Notes: generated by a model not told the origin, from the sequence alone. Positions 28,853 to 41,552 are shown, counted from the first letter of the stretch. The stretch: DNA of 54,318 bases from Bigelowiella natans CCMP2755 (GCA_000320545.1 ADNK01002560.1:1-54318), one strand, 5' to 3'. Made by a program: numbers and translations.

Positions 28853-29829
28853 TGCTCAAAGAGGTTTGTCTTTTATGGACTTCGTTTGTCGCATCTTCTT
28901 TTGAAGGCGCCTTTGCTTTGTCTTGGGAAACGGCAGTCACAACCAACGCAAACAGGTGGCTGTTTGTGAGTCTTTAGTAAAAAATGCAAAAAGACTGGTG
29001 AATGATGATACGCACATGTATAAAACCTAGGGGAGGGGTATTGATTGGTAGTGACCCCAAACTAAACATGCAGGAACGAATAGTCACCATGAGGCAAAGA
29101 CTGCTGCGAGGAAAGGAAGGGCGATTGAAAGCGACGAAACTGCAGCAATAACTCCAGGCGAGGGGAGAGCAGTTGCTGGGAAAAAAGAACGAAGAGACAG
29201 CATCCTGTACTGCTAATTATGCGATGAAATAATGAACAATGGGGCGTTTTTGTAATGCTACAAAATGTTTGAATGGATAGGGAAATTCTCGGCCCGATGT
29301 CCCTTCCACCTGATCCACCCTCGCCCAAGCAAAATCCCTCCCCCCCACCCCCTCCTACCCAAGGCACCCAGCCTCAGCCAGTCGAAAGGTGAGTTACAAT
29401 CTTTATAAGGCGATCAGAGTAGTCTCCATTGATATGAATCTGCCATGTTTGTTAATGCTCTTGTCCGCTTTTGTTGCTTTTCTTTATTATGATTTCGCTA
29501 CTCTTAGAGAAGTAACCATTGCTCTGTCCCAGGTATCAACACTACACTGCAGCACGTACTGTATGATGATTCAGCATCGATATATTTAACAACCGAATGG
29601 AAGAAACCCTATCAACTTCCTCTTCTACAGCCCATCTTGCCATTATTATCGTCCTACTTGCAGTCATGAGTTGCGGCATATCGGTGTCGTATTACTCTCT
29701 AATCTGTCGCTGTTTCCTCCATCTTTCGACCATTCCTACTTGCAGTCATGAGTTGCGGCATATCGGTGTCGTATTACTCTCTAATCTGTCGCTGTTTCCT
29801 CCATCTTTCGACCATTCCTCTTCAACCGT

Positions 29830-29865
<36 letters not shown>

Positions 29866-30100
29866 CAGCGCTCACCAAGGGTTCTATACATTCCCAACCG
29901 ATTTGATGTTGAGCAGCGTCTAGAGAGTGTCACTGAAGCAAACTTTAAGCTCAAGGAAAATGTCAACTATTTGGAGCAAACAGTGGCTCTCCTGAATAGA
30001 GTAATTCATCCTTTGCATAATGCGTTGTTTTGTCGCAGAAGAAGAGTGATGCTTTATATCTTTTCATCCGTCACATGAAAGTGGCAATCAGTCGGCAAAC

Positions 30101-30140
<40 letters not shown>

Positions 30141-30350
30141 AAAATGCGGCGTGCTATTTCTTCTAACAAGAAGTTGTCTGTTGGAACACCATCAGGATCT
30201 TGATCTGAAGAAATCCGTTATACGCAATGTTATTGGCAAGATCGAGACAGGGGTCATGCGCTTGGCCAGAATCCATTACAGCACAGAAACACACACACAC
30301 ACACACACACAAACATATACATCTATGTGTATATATTTTCGATATTTATA

Positions 30351-30397
<47 letters not shown>

Positions 30398-31989
30398 CCG
30401 TACATGCTGAGCAGGCTCTCCCATCAAGTAGCGTTGTTTCGAGAAAAGGAGATCGTAGTTATAGCTTAGGTGCTGGCTTTGGCAAGGAAGTCGCATCACC
30501 GCCCTCCCAGGGGGGAGGGGGTGATGAGAGCAGCTATGACTCTTCTTCTCGGGGTGGTATTGGGATAATACCCGCAGGCAAGCAAGGCGGCAAAAACAGC
30601 AAGCCTGAAGAAGAAGTCAAACACCGCACTAATAGAAACGAAAGCAGTAGTAGTAACCGGGAAAGTAGCATCGAGAAGACACTGGATAAGTTCGTCACGG
30701 TAGTCTACTTCGCCATCGCAGAAGAAAGATATTCTACTATTTGTTGGCACGTATTTTTCATGTGTAAGCTATGAAAGGAGGATGGAAGAGTAGTATTTGC
30801 GTTACCTTTGTTTGCCTTACACATATTCCTCTATAGATTATCAAGAATAAGCAGTGGGACAAGAGCAGCATTCTCCAACGTTTGGCAACTAGTAGCAACT
30901 CTGCTCCTCGTCATCAAGATACTGTAGATAGAAGCACAATCACGAGGCGTAAGTCTACAACGACCGTGACTTCGTCCTCTTCAACCTCTCGCAGGAGAAG
31001 GCTGTCCTTCCCTTCTAGTATTTCTTTAACGTCGCCACCATCATCGTCGTCATCGTCATCATCCCGGTCCCCTTTGTCAATACCATTCTTTGTGGGAGGG
31101 GGTAGGGAAAAACACAATCTGCACGCCAAGGATACGAGTGAAATAGTTGAGAAGATGGAGGTACTTGTCACTGCACCCTGAGTAGTTATCAGCATCAACA
31201 TTATCATCATCATTGGTGTTATCATTATCGCGATCATCCACATGATTCTCTCCTTACTCGTCGTAGGCTGTGGTCATGGAGGCTGTAACGGAGAACTGTG
31301 CTTTTAGGGAGGCTCTCCAGAAGGTATCAACTTACCGTGCTCATTATATTAATTGCAATGAAAGGGAGAGGTGAGGAGATCGGGAGCTGTGATACTTCTA
31401 AGCAGTAGCAACAGGAGGAGGAGGAGGAGGAGGAGGAAGAGGAGTAGCATGAGAATGAGAAAATGGCCATGAGACGCGCATTTCTACATCCATTTATAAT
31501 TTTCCATTCTAGCTCTGACCCATCATCCTCAATTAAAAACCAGTTTAATTATAATGAAGTTTTAATAGTTGATCACACGATATTTGTATACCATGCACGA
31601 GAATCGTTTTCTGAGCAGCAACACGGGTGTTTATCATCATAATACAGGTTGCTGAGGAGGTGGACAGAATGAGCTTTCGCTTCAATATATTAGAGGTTAC
31701 AACACCTTTCCAACCCACAAACAACTCCAATCTATGAAGGCGGCTACGAAGCCCTGTATACTTACTCTGAAAACTATTATTGTGAAGCAAAGAACTTGCT
31801 TTGCTAGAATGACTATGATTGATGTCGTTAATATTATGATTTCTTTTTGATCTGCTGCATACAGGAGGAGAACAACGAATTCCGATCGAAATTAGGCCTC
31901 CCCCAACGTCCCAAAACGACAGGATTTATAGAAAATTTGGAAGAAAAGATTGATGCTACATCGAAGGATAACATGGATATGACTAAAAA

Positions 31990-32020
<31 letters not shown>

Positions 32021-32854
32021 TCATCAGTCAGTAGTGATAATAGCGCCAGCCACTCAACTCTCCACACTAGCAACGGTGAGGGCAAAAACTACATGTCATT
32101 CAATCCCAGAGCACCAGTAGCGAGCACGTCCTTCCAGCCGCAGGGCGATGCGGAAGCAAGTAACGAACGAGAGAGGGAGATAGGAGAACAAAAAGGGAAA
32201 CGTAGCGACGGCGACGAAAACTTGGATGAGGAGCTAGACAAGCTCGTTGCCTCTGCAAGTAGCGAGCGACGCCGAAGACGCCATAGCAGCATTCCCAATT
32301 TAAATAATAAGGAGGTAATGGCAAACGTGAAGAGGGAGTGTGATGATGATGTCGATGATGGCATCGCTGATAATATCGGGAAAGTAGTACCACTGCCCGT
32401 AGTTCCGCCCTTAATAGCACCACCTGAAGAGGTTCATTGTCATGACAAGGAAGACAACGACGTTGGCAAATCCCCATCATCTCAACAAAATACCGCTTCA
32501 CAGAACAAAACCAAAAAGGAACGACGGAAGCAAAAGCGGAAAAAGAAAATCGCAACGAAGAAAATGATAGCAACCAGTGATATCACTCCAGAATCAGAGA
32601 ATAAGCAAAAGCAGATGAAAACTTCAGTTGGTGCAGAAACGAAGGATGCAAATCAAGTCTTACCGAATGAAGAAAAACAGCTGCAGCAAGGGGGGGTGGA
32701 GAAAAATGATGAAGATAACAATGTCGAATCTCCACGTACAGGTAGAGACAAATCATCTTTTGAGGAACCTATTGCCGTTGTGACCAGTGAAAAGCTATCG
32801 GGAGAAGATAATGACAGCTCCGTAACGCAATTGGAGAAAAAAAATATTTCATAG
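27713..32854 (+). CDS. Coiled-coil protein with GRIPAP1/CCDC186-like C-terminal segment
   Basis: Exons MTDSGDGGGGISVTTTREQLQ|LELEAALLEIRTLK; LEAFYKNVNPKK|IRDIDGLLRKF; NFKLKENVNYLEQTVALLNR|DLDLKKSVIRNVIGKIETG; SEIVEKME|AVVMEAVTENCAFREALQK|VAEEVDRMS. These resemble, from recall, the conserved C-terminus of GRIPAP1/CCDC186. Long final exon in ORF 31847-32854. Confidence 0.65.
29652..29819 (+). repeat. Perfect 82-bp tandem duplication (intronic)
   Basis: 29652-29733 is identical to 29734-29815, with TCCT microhomology at the junctions. Confidence 0.95.
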
Positions 32855-33043
32855 AAGATGAGCAGGTTACTTGTGCATTATCACATGTTGTGCTCAATGT
32901 CATGGACTTGGTATCATACCGCTAGACTGTATGGCCATGTACATATTGCAAGCATGGTCATTCTAGCATTTTGGACCACAAGGTGCAAGAATTTGTCTGA
33001 GCCACGATGATTGTGTCAGAAAATAATGTCAACTACTTAAATG

Positions 33044-33222
33044 TCTAGATGTGCACATCTAGAAATGCAGCATCGCGCTATTGTTTGCAGCAACGTGCTG
33101 AAGAATTGTCGTGGCATGCACTGTCTCAATGCATGCGACAGTGAACATTGAAAGTGCACACGCTACATACACCGGCAATGTCATGTAAAATGTGTACGTG
33201 TGTCATGTAAAATGTGTACGTG
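33044..33222. repeat. 20-bp perfect palindrome and 22-bp tandem duplication in the convergent intergenic spacer
   Basis: TCTAGATGTGCACATCTAGA at 33044-33063; TGTCATGTAAAATGTGTACGTG twice at 33179-33222. Confidence 0.85.
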
Positions 33223-33259
33223 TTACGCGCTCTACATGTTGGAACTTCACTTCAATTGG

Positions 33260-36200
33260 CTATTGCGCACACCCAGACAATTTGTGACCGGAAGTTGTAG
33301 TCCTTTGAGCATTCATTTCATTCAACAGATATTGATACGAAGCTTCAAACTCTTTTTCATGTGGAAATTCAGCAAAAAGAAGTTTTGAAAACTGCAATGC
33401 CTTGCTCATTAAAGACTCAGCTGCTTCTAGGTTTCTTTGTCTATGAAAAACGACTCCCTCGTTCCATAGCCAAGTTACTAACCATTTCGCATGCATTTTG
33501 GGATACGATCTTATCTGAATTTCAGGTTTCGACAACATGACATTCACAGTCTCACAGAACGAGATTATGTCTTTTAACTTCAAGCAAAGTTGAAATATTT
33601 CGCTTACACTTTGAGCAAAATTGTCCCAGTCTTTTATTGTTGATTTGTATTTTTCATGGAAGCTCTTCTTCAATGCAACAAGTGCCACTCCTCTACGTTC
33701 AAATTCAGGTTGCAAAGCTAAATGGCCCATCATCTCTAAAATCTTGATGCCCTTCTGGCCAAGCTTATTAGATGCTTCCGAGATTAAATTCCCAAGGTTG
33801 GTATCGTTATTTTGTTGGAAAAGCAAACAAGTAAACCTCAAAACAAGACATAGAGGGTAAGCTTCATCATTAGGTAGACCCGAACATTTTTCTAACATGA
33901 CCAGGCACTTTTTTATAGATTCTTCCACGCCCCTTGCGACAATTTCTCTCTCTGATACATCCTTAATTTTCCCTGAAAACACATCTTAAGAAGCTATTTC
34001 TCTGAAATAATTAATTGCATACGTACAGCATCGCTCAATTCCTGCTGTGGCCTGACGCAACAATTCATAGGAACAAGCAAAGGTTTCAAGATAGATCTTT
34101 GATATGTTCATCGAAACTCTAGTCTGTCTATAAATCTCACGAACTTGCAAAATCATGCACATCTTCACATGCTTGAGTTCCGAATCATGTTCTTTATGAA
34201 TTTTCTGAAACAACGAAGCTGCATGACTCATTAATTTCATTGACTCTTCGTAGAATTCATGCTCTCCAGCATATTTTCCGAGATCCCTGAAGGTATTATT
34301 GAATTTTGATTTATCAAATGGCCAAACTGCTAAAATGAAAAGTATAAAGTAGAATAACTCAGTAAAAATCTAATTTATAAGCACCACGCTTGATGAGCCA
34401 AGTGTAGAATTTCATCCGTTAGACTGCACGAAACTTCAAGTTCTTGTCGCCCATTTGTTAACAAATAGAATTTTAAAGTTTCCACATGTTGTTCAGCTCG
34501 CTTAAGCATCTCCTCCTTCTGGTCAGTAGTGGCTAACAGATCGTTGTCCTTAGATTTGCCTGCACAGTTTCTAATTTTCTGTGAGAGTATGTCAATGATA
34601 TTCCGAAGTATTAAATGTATTTTCACAGATTCTCCCTTCATTTCCGCTTTGACATCCTTAAGTTTTGAGTTTTGTTCCCTGTTCAGGAGCTCTTCTAATG
34701 CGACCAAAATGATAGATGCATCTCGCCTACTAAAAACGGTGTATTAATGAAGGTTTTAATTAGTATCAAAGGTGCACTCACTTTTGCATCGCTTCTTCTG
34801 CGATCACGGAGAAATCTTCATCTGTGAATTCATTGTTTTGATCTGAGAGTTCTTTTAGAATTTCTTCTTTATCTTCTCCAGAAAAAACTAAGGATCGAAG
34901 ATGATGAAGAGCTGTATCTCTACTACGATGAAGTATTTTGGCTTTTGAAGTCATTTCCTTTGCTTCAAGATATCTTTGTTGAATGAAGCAAATATGGGAC
35001 TGAGCAAGCAAGCTTTCTGATTCGTTTTTCGGATCTCCATATGAATGTGCAATTTGTTCACAGAGATGCAACCAAGCAGCGCTATCCTCAAATTTCTGTG
35101 CCTCGTAAAGTCGGATGGCAACATTCCTTAGAGAATAGTAAAACTATTTAGAAATAAACTATGATTTAGAACTGGATATACCATGCTTGCTGTGATATAT
35201 CTGAAACATCCTGACAAGATAGATGTAAATTTGGGCTGCTCCTAGTCTTCTTCTTCAATACTGAAAAAGATCTGGTCATGCTTAATTATCAATAGGTGCG
35301 AAACTTACCATATTTGATCAATGATGCGGCTGCATCCAGCATTTGTTGATGAATAAGAAAGTAAAATTTTTGGACATACACCGTAGAATCCTCTGGAAAT
35401 CGTTCAATTAGCTGTTAAAATAAAATATTAGAGACAAAATAATGGAGGGTAATGAGAGTACCTTGTTGTAAAATTCCTTGGCAAGAGCTGGTGAGCATTC
35501 TGTTGCTGCTTCACATGCCGCAAGACACATTTTCACAGAGCATTCATTATGGCCAACTACCTCTTTCAGACACCTCTTAAGTTCTGTGTTCCTCTGAGAT
35601 ATAACATTCTCAAATCTTTGTTGTTCACTTAAACTGAAAATAACCTTCAACCCTGCAAGCATTTTGATTTTCAAGAATAGAAAGTCTGGGTCATTTGCGA
35701 CTTCCTAAAGTAGTTGGGGGATCTAATCTTGAAAGTTTGTGAGTTTGCTACATTGTTGAACCTTGAATCTTGATGCAAGCTCGAGAGCACTCAATCCATG
35801 AGAGAATTTTCCCTCAGATACATGACAAGCAGCAATAACTTTTATGATACGAATACTTTTTTCTTCTGCCTTTAGGTTCTTTGATTCATGTTGAAGAGCT
35901 TCAAAACTTAGCTTCAACCATTTAACCGCTTTGTTCCATTCATTTTGCTTATACAGTCGTACTCCAATATTGTAAAGTACCATGCTATAACTATATCCCT
36001 AATGATGTAGATCTCATGCAACATGAAACACTTATTTTGGGTTAAGCAAAAGGACCTCTTCGGGTAAAACGCTTAAGAACTCCTTTACATTGGTTTCAGC
36101 AATTCGATATGCATGCTCGTACTCCTAGCAGAGAAGATGATATGTTAGCTGAAAACCGACTTGTATTCATCTACCTTCTTATCGATGTGCAGTTGAGAGT

Positions 36201-36942
36201 TCCACTTCTGGAACTTTAATACTTGTGAGCAGAATTTCTGTTGCAGTGTTGCAGTCGCCGATGTGAATTGTTTGTGATGACCATGCTTACATAGCAAAGG
36301 GACCTTATTTTCTGTGATGCTGGGAAACATTCCACATGCTGTCCGCCACAGCATCTGGCAATGCTTCAGTAACTTTGGAAAAAGGGAGAGGTATTATGCT
36401 TCAACAAAATAAGCCCGTACTGATTACATGTTAGGGTTCAAAATTGGGCGTCCAACCTTTTCTGCTACTTCGATATTGTCATAGTTCAAATGAGCTCGGG
36501 CTGTTCCCATGTGCGCCGCCAATATGAAATAAATTTCATCTTTCCCGACATTGTCAACAGTAAACGATTCAGGAGGGAATCCTGCATTGAGAAGCTCCCT
36601 GTAATTAGTTCTCTCAGATGAAAGTTCAAAGTTACAAATGAAATTTTCACTAACAAGCTTGCATCTCTTAAACTTGTCACTTGGTTTCCTTCCATTTCGT
36701 CTTTATTTTCCATGCAGAAGTTCTGAACTCTATAACGAGAGGTTACAATCGATGAATGTTCATTCAAGAAAACGGTTAGGGTCAAATAAAGTGAGCTTTG
36801 AGGGGTGTATGAATTCAAAATTGTACCGTGAAGTACATTCAATTATTAGTCGCCTATTTCGAGCTCCATGAATGGAATTTCTTCTTAGACTAGATGCTGC
36901 TTCGCAGATTCTTTTCGTAAATTGGCGCGTAGCGTTGTCATC
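33260..36942 (-). CDS. ZIP4: Meiotic TPR scaffold ZIP4/SPO22/TEX11 (5' end unresolved, probably up to ~37213)
   Basis: LYNIGVRLYKQNEWNKAVKWLKLSFEAL...IIKVIAACHV (SPO22-domain pattern), WNVAIRLYEAQKFEDSAAWL, and C-terminal YPKMHAKWLVTWLWNEGVVFHRQRNLEAAESLMSKALQF (TEX11-type YPxxExxWLxxxxWNxG). Many short GT-AG introns; length consistent with about 900 aa. Confidence 0.85.
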
Positions 36943-37325
36943 CTAATACATTTGTACATGTATGGGAAAGTGTTTTGAGGAAAAACCATTGAAATAGAAA
37001 GTTAAGGATTCATCACAAAGTCGGCACAAAATTTCAAACTACTAGTCGATATTTTTCGTTAGGAAAATGATCTCTTAATCTGCTGGTGTGTTCTAAATAC
37101 CATCATGGTTCATTAAACGCAAATGATTAAGTTGGCTAAGTCTATTTAGTGCAAACCTTTGGGTCGCAACGAGTGAGGATAGCGATTGCATTGAGCTGAG
37201 CTTCAATTCCCATGATTGTGGTAAGTTCAAATGTGAAAAGAATCGCAATGAAAATTTGAGCTGTGATCTTTGCTGATCACCGAGGATTGTCAATGAGCGA
37301 CAAGCATCATCATTGAGCAACCGTA

Positions 37326-38111
37326 TTTCCCGGTGATTTGACAATGAAATCAAAATTTCGCATCCCTTGGAACCACTTCAAATTGTCAGGTGCTTGGCTG
37401 ACCTGGGCAGGTCACGGGTGAGTCAGCGTGACCCATGAACCTTCCAACCGCTTTTGTTGAATTGCTGCATTCATTCATCCATGCACTTGTGACTTCCAGT
37501 CCGGCGTCCAGCGTCCAGCAAGATCTTTCCCATCTAGCGGTCTCCACCTCTCTCTCTCTTTCTCTCTCTCTCTCTCTGGCTCTCTGCTCTGCACACTGCT
37601 CTGTGTGTTCGTGTGTGCGTGTTGCTTGCCTGCATGCTTGCGGCGCACAATGTAACAATGATGACAAAGTTTCAATTCGAAAGCAACACAATGACGACCA
37701 GGCTAGCAGGTTCATCTGGTCATGCTAGCATGTGCATTCACAATGCTGGAATGTTGCGTGCGACATGTCAATGCATGAATGCTCTGGTGCTGCATGACTC
37801 ACACGATGGCTAGCACGGCTCTAACAAGCTCTAGAGCTAGCTAGGGCTGCATCCAATCGTGGATGCTCGGAACACTCACGTCCCAAACACTCAGTCATGC
37901 GCTGCTAGCGCTAGAGCGGATCGAAGGCAGGGCTAGAACATGCACATTCATTCATGTTGCTCACTGCTAGACTACAATGCATGCTAGCATGCATCATTGC
38001 ACAATGAGTGCTCTAGTGCTGTCTTGTGCAGCACAGCAGCACAATGTGCAACCATGCAGCATGGTTGATGTCACAAATGCAATGTCTAGATGTGCCAAGC
38101 ATGTGCACACA
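37326..38111. mobile_element. Degenerate repeat/TE remnant, TpA-depleted and CTAG-rich
   Basis: 17 TA in 786 bp, 14 of them in CTAG; TG/CA-rich; hairpin GGTCACG..CGTGACC at ~37410-37433. TE identity is inferred, not shown. Confidence 0.55.
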
Positions 38112-38532
38112 TACCTTTCATTGCATTGGCCATCAAAGAATGGCAAAAGTAACTGTGTAACATGAGCAACTGTGATGCTGTGATAATTTTACAAATGTAC
38201 AAACAAATGTACGATGCACAGTATATGCAATTGGCAGTCTATATCTGTACACGCAAGATTTTCCCCTGAAAACTATTAATCATGATGCATTTTATGGACC
38301 AAGGGAAAGCTCCAAACTGTAATACTGGGCACGATGGTTCCAAAACCCCAGGGTTCATATTCTGTACTATCTGATCTCTGTTGTTCTTCTTGTACGTATC
38401 TACATTGCGAGATTTTGATTTGAATTGTATCCGAAATAGAAGAGGAAAATAATCAAACCATTTCCAAAAAAATCAAATTTCCAAAAGGTCAAAAGATTAC
38501 AAATATGGATGTCATTCTGTAGCGCAAGTTGT

Positions 38533-39784
38533 TTACTGGATAGGCAGGCGGCCGATAACGGGATATTTCTTCTTCTTTCGCTGATACTTATAGATAGGAA
38601 GTGCATCAACGAACTCTTTGAGATGATCAAGTGGCCCCTCGTCGTCTGATACTTCCGATTTCGCGTCTTCCTGACCCTGCACTATCGTGATTGTATACTT
38701 ATCAACCTCTGTGAAGTCCAAAGGTTGACTTAGCAGAAATTTCGATTTGAATCGCAACTGATCTGGGGGACATGATTCCACTTTAGCAAAATATTCATTG
38801 AGATATCGATTTCGAGCCGCGATGAAATTGCGCTGCTCACTCGCCTTGTTGGGAAATTGTATCATGAAGATGTCGTAGAAGACTTGACAGATATCGAGAC
38901 AGGCAGTCAGCATGTGGTTACTACGATGATTTTTTGGATAAGCAATGGACATTGGACATATGTCAGTGTAGCCATTGATGTGAAGATAACGCTCAAGCTC
39001 ATCCCTAGAGGTCACTGAAATAGAGCGACCGGAATCCAAAACCTGTGATGCGCACAATAAAATCGATGTTAACGGTGCCGTGGTCCTTAGAGCATTAGGT
39101 GTAAATTTTGAAAGGAAATATCGACTAAATAATTTACTGAGCATGATTCTGTACCCTTGCTTCGAATTTGTTCGGAGACTGCTGGTTACTTGCGAATGCG
39201 GTAACAAGCACATAGTGTTGTTCGTTTGTACTTGTTATCATTCGTAGCACAGTCCCATGAGCACCAGGCATCAGAAACCAACCAGGAAGAAACCTTCAGT
39301 TGATTTTCGATAGAAGTAAGTAACAAGACTCTTGATGTGAACATAGCAACTAGGCTTACCAGTGTTTGCCTCCTTGGACTGTGTTTATGGTGCTACTGGC
39401 ACTGAGATGAATGCCGTAATATTTCAACACTAACTCTTCCACTGCATTCTTTGACTCTTGTGTTTTCGTAACTACTCCATATTTATGAATTTGTGCGTAG
39501 TATAAAATCGTTGAAGCCACTAAGGGGCTCTGCAATGTCTCATCCTGTGGTAGAAATTTCCGGAACTCGAGTAGTTGCTCATTGGTTATCTCTACCATGT
39601 TGCGTTTTGCAAGTTCGAGCTTCGGAACGGGTCTCATGTGAAAAGAAAATGAGCTAGAAGATCCACGAATTGATGGTGAGGCGTCGGGAGTGGACCATTT
39701 CGAATCGGACAGTAACCGAGGACTGTTCCTTGCCGATACGCTGCATGCTTTGCTGTCAAACGACGAATTTCGGGATAATATCAT
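38533..39784 (-). CDS. Hypothetical protein (about 3 exons)
   Basis: ATG ORF 39356-39784 ends at a GTAAG donor, followed by a short middle exon and a long terminal exon in ORF 38533-39213. Ordinary amino-acid composition; no family recognised. Confidence 0.6.
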
Positions 39785-41102
39785 CGTGCTTTATTCCTAT
39801 ATTCTCTTTCGTTTTTTTAAATATTCCGCGAGGTGGAGAAATGGTCAAGGGCAAGGGGTTCTATTTTCGTCTTTCGTCTTTCGTCTTCCGTCGTGCGGAC
39901 TGATGATGATGAGGACTCATTCGTCAAGGGGTAGTCAGTCGATGCTTCACCAAAATAACTTCAAGAACACATTTCATTTTTGCACTTTCTAGACTTTTAA
40001 CCGTCCCATGGCATGTCGCATGCAAAGTATCCCATTCATCAATGGAGCGGCTGATTGTAATTAGTCACGTAGTGTCTTCTGAGAACACATCCATACTCCT
40101 ACAAGGGGTATACGAGAAAAGTACACAAATATTGGCAATTTTCTGTGTCGCACAACGTAAAGCGCAGCACATTTTCTTCTGATGCTGCTGCCTTTGGAAG
40201 AAATGTTCCTCGCAAAGGTGCTGCTGCATTTCCTCTGTGCTCCAGCAGCATGTGGATTTCGGCAATGCTCTACCTACCTACAATCATGACTCCCCACGTT
40301 GTGTCTCCGACCACCTTTATGCTCTTTGTCATAGCTCGCGAGTCTGTGTTTACATTATAGATAGTCACTCGTGGCCCATTGTCTATCATCAACAGTTGAG
40401 CTCTCACCTGAATGTAGCCCTTGCGGTTCACATGGTCAACCATTCGATGAATCTCGCCAGAATCAATTATTATCCAAACGCATGGCGTCAAAGCGAATCG
40501 ATTAATTTTTGAGCTGCAAGAACTTCGACAGTTTCTAGGCTATGGCAACTGTTCACTCTCCGCTACCTTTGCTTCAAATCGTTCAGATGACACCATCTAG
40601 TTTGAAATTACTCGATGGGGAAAACAATTGTCGGTCAATGCGGTCGAAGCAAATGATATTAGCACACGTTTATAAGGGCGCCCTTTCCCACGCCCAATCG
40701 TTGTAACGCAACAAAATTTCCAACACTGTACAAATATGTAAGTGTGTATATTTAGTGGCCACTCGCCTATGTTTGTAACAATAGATGCGGATCATGTGAA
40801 ATTGGAAAAATATTGGATCATCGACATACATCGGAAAGAAGACGCGTGCTTTCGCATTACTGTCCACTCGATCTTCCATAATGATTGAATGAAAGATGCT
40901 CAGAAAGAGCCAAAAAAGGGTGTTCCCTCATATTTGTGCGGTCCCTCTCTGTCTCTACCCTCTGATACCATGTGAGAAATGAATCGTAATCGAACAAGCA
41001 GAAAGCCTCTGCTTTTCAAATCTCGGCAATGCATTAAATTTATCGCAATGCTTATCGTCTTGATGTTGTACTTTTAGGCTTACTAGCTTAGTAGTACTTT
41101 TA

Positions 41103-41552
41103 CTTTGAATGTGCAGTGAAATGCACTCAGTGCACATGCATGATCAAAGCTTATGCCTAGATGCGGCCGTGGAGAGAGACAGATGCATTTACATGCATGA
41201 GAACAACTTTCTGTTTTCTCTAGTTCTTGCTGCACATGAACATGACTAGACACGAACGCAAATTGCATTGACAAGTTCTAGAGTTTGTCGCTTGTGCAAT
41301 GACATGCGTGCACAGTGATTGCTACACCTAAAGAGCTCACGCACCTGTGCGCAACATGGAAGATGCTCACACTTTCTAGCTTTGTTAAGTCACACCACAG
41401 CATCATGTTGCATTGTCATTGGAGAACATCGCCACGATTGTCATCACAATCCATACATTATCGCTCTAGCGCTCTGTAGCCGCTGCATTGTACAGCTACA
41501 TAAGGATGACCATTGAACAAATTTAATTCAATTTGATTGATTACATCCGTCT
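41103..41552 (-). mobile_element. Degenerate repeat, copy B of the AGACGGATGTAATCAA-ended family; partly TpA-depleted
   Basis: Terminal ~90 bp is homologous to 19311-19400; 10 TA in 41103-41452, of which 5 are in CTAG. Confidence 0.6.

Noticed and set aside
33040-38095. Identical 15-mer AATGTCTAGATGTGC at 33040 and 38081 flanking ZIP4
   Set aside because: No extended homology; a chance match is likely in TG/CA/CTAG-biased sequence.
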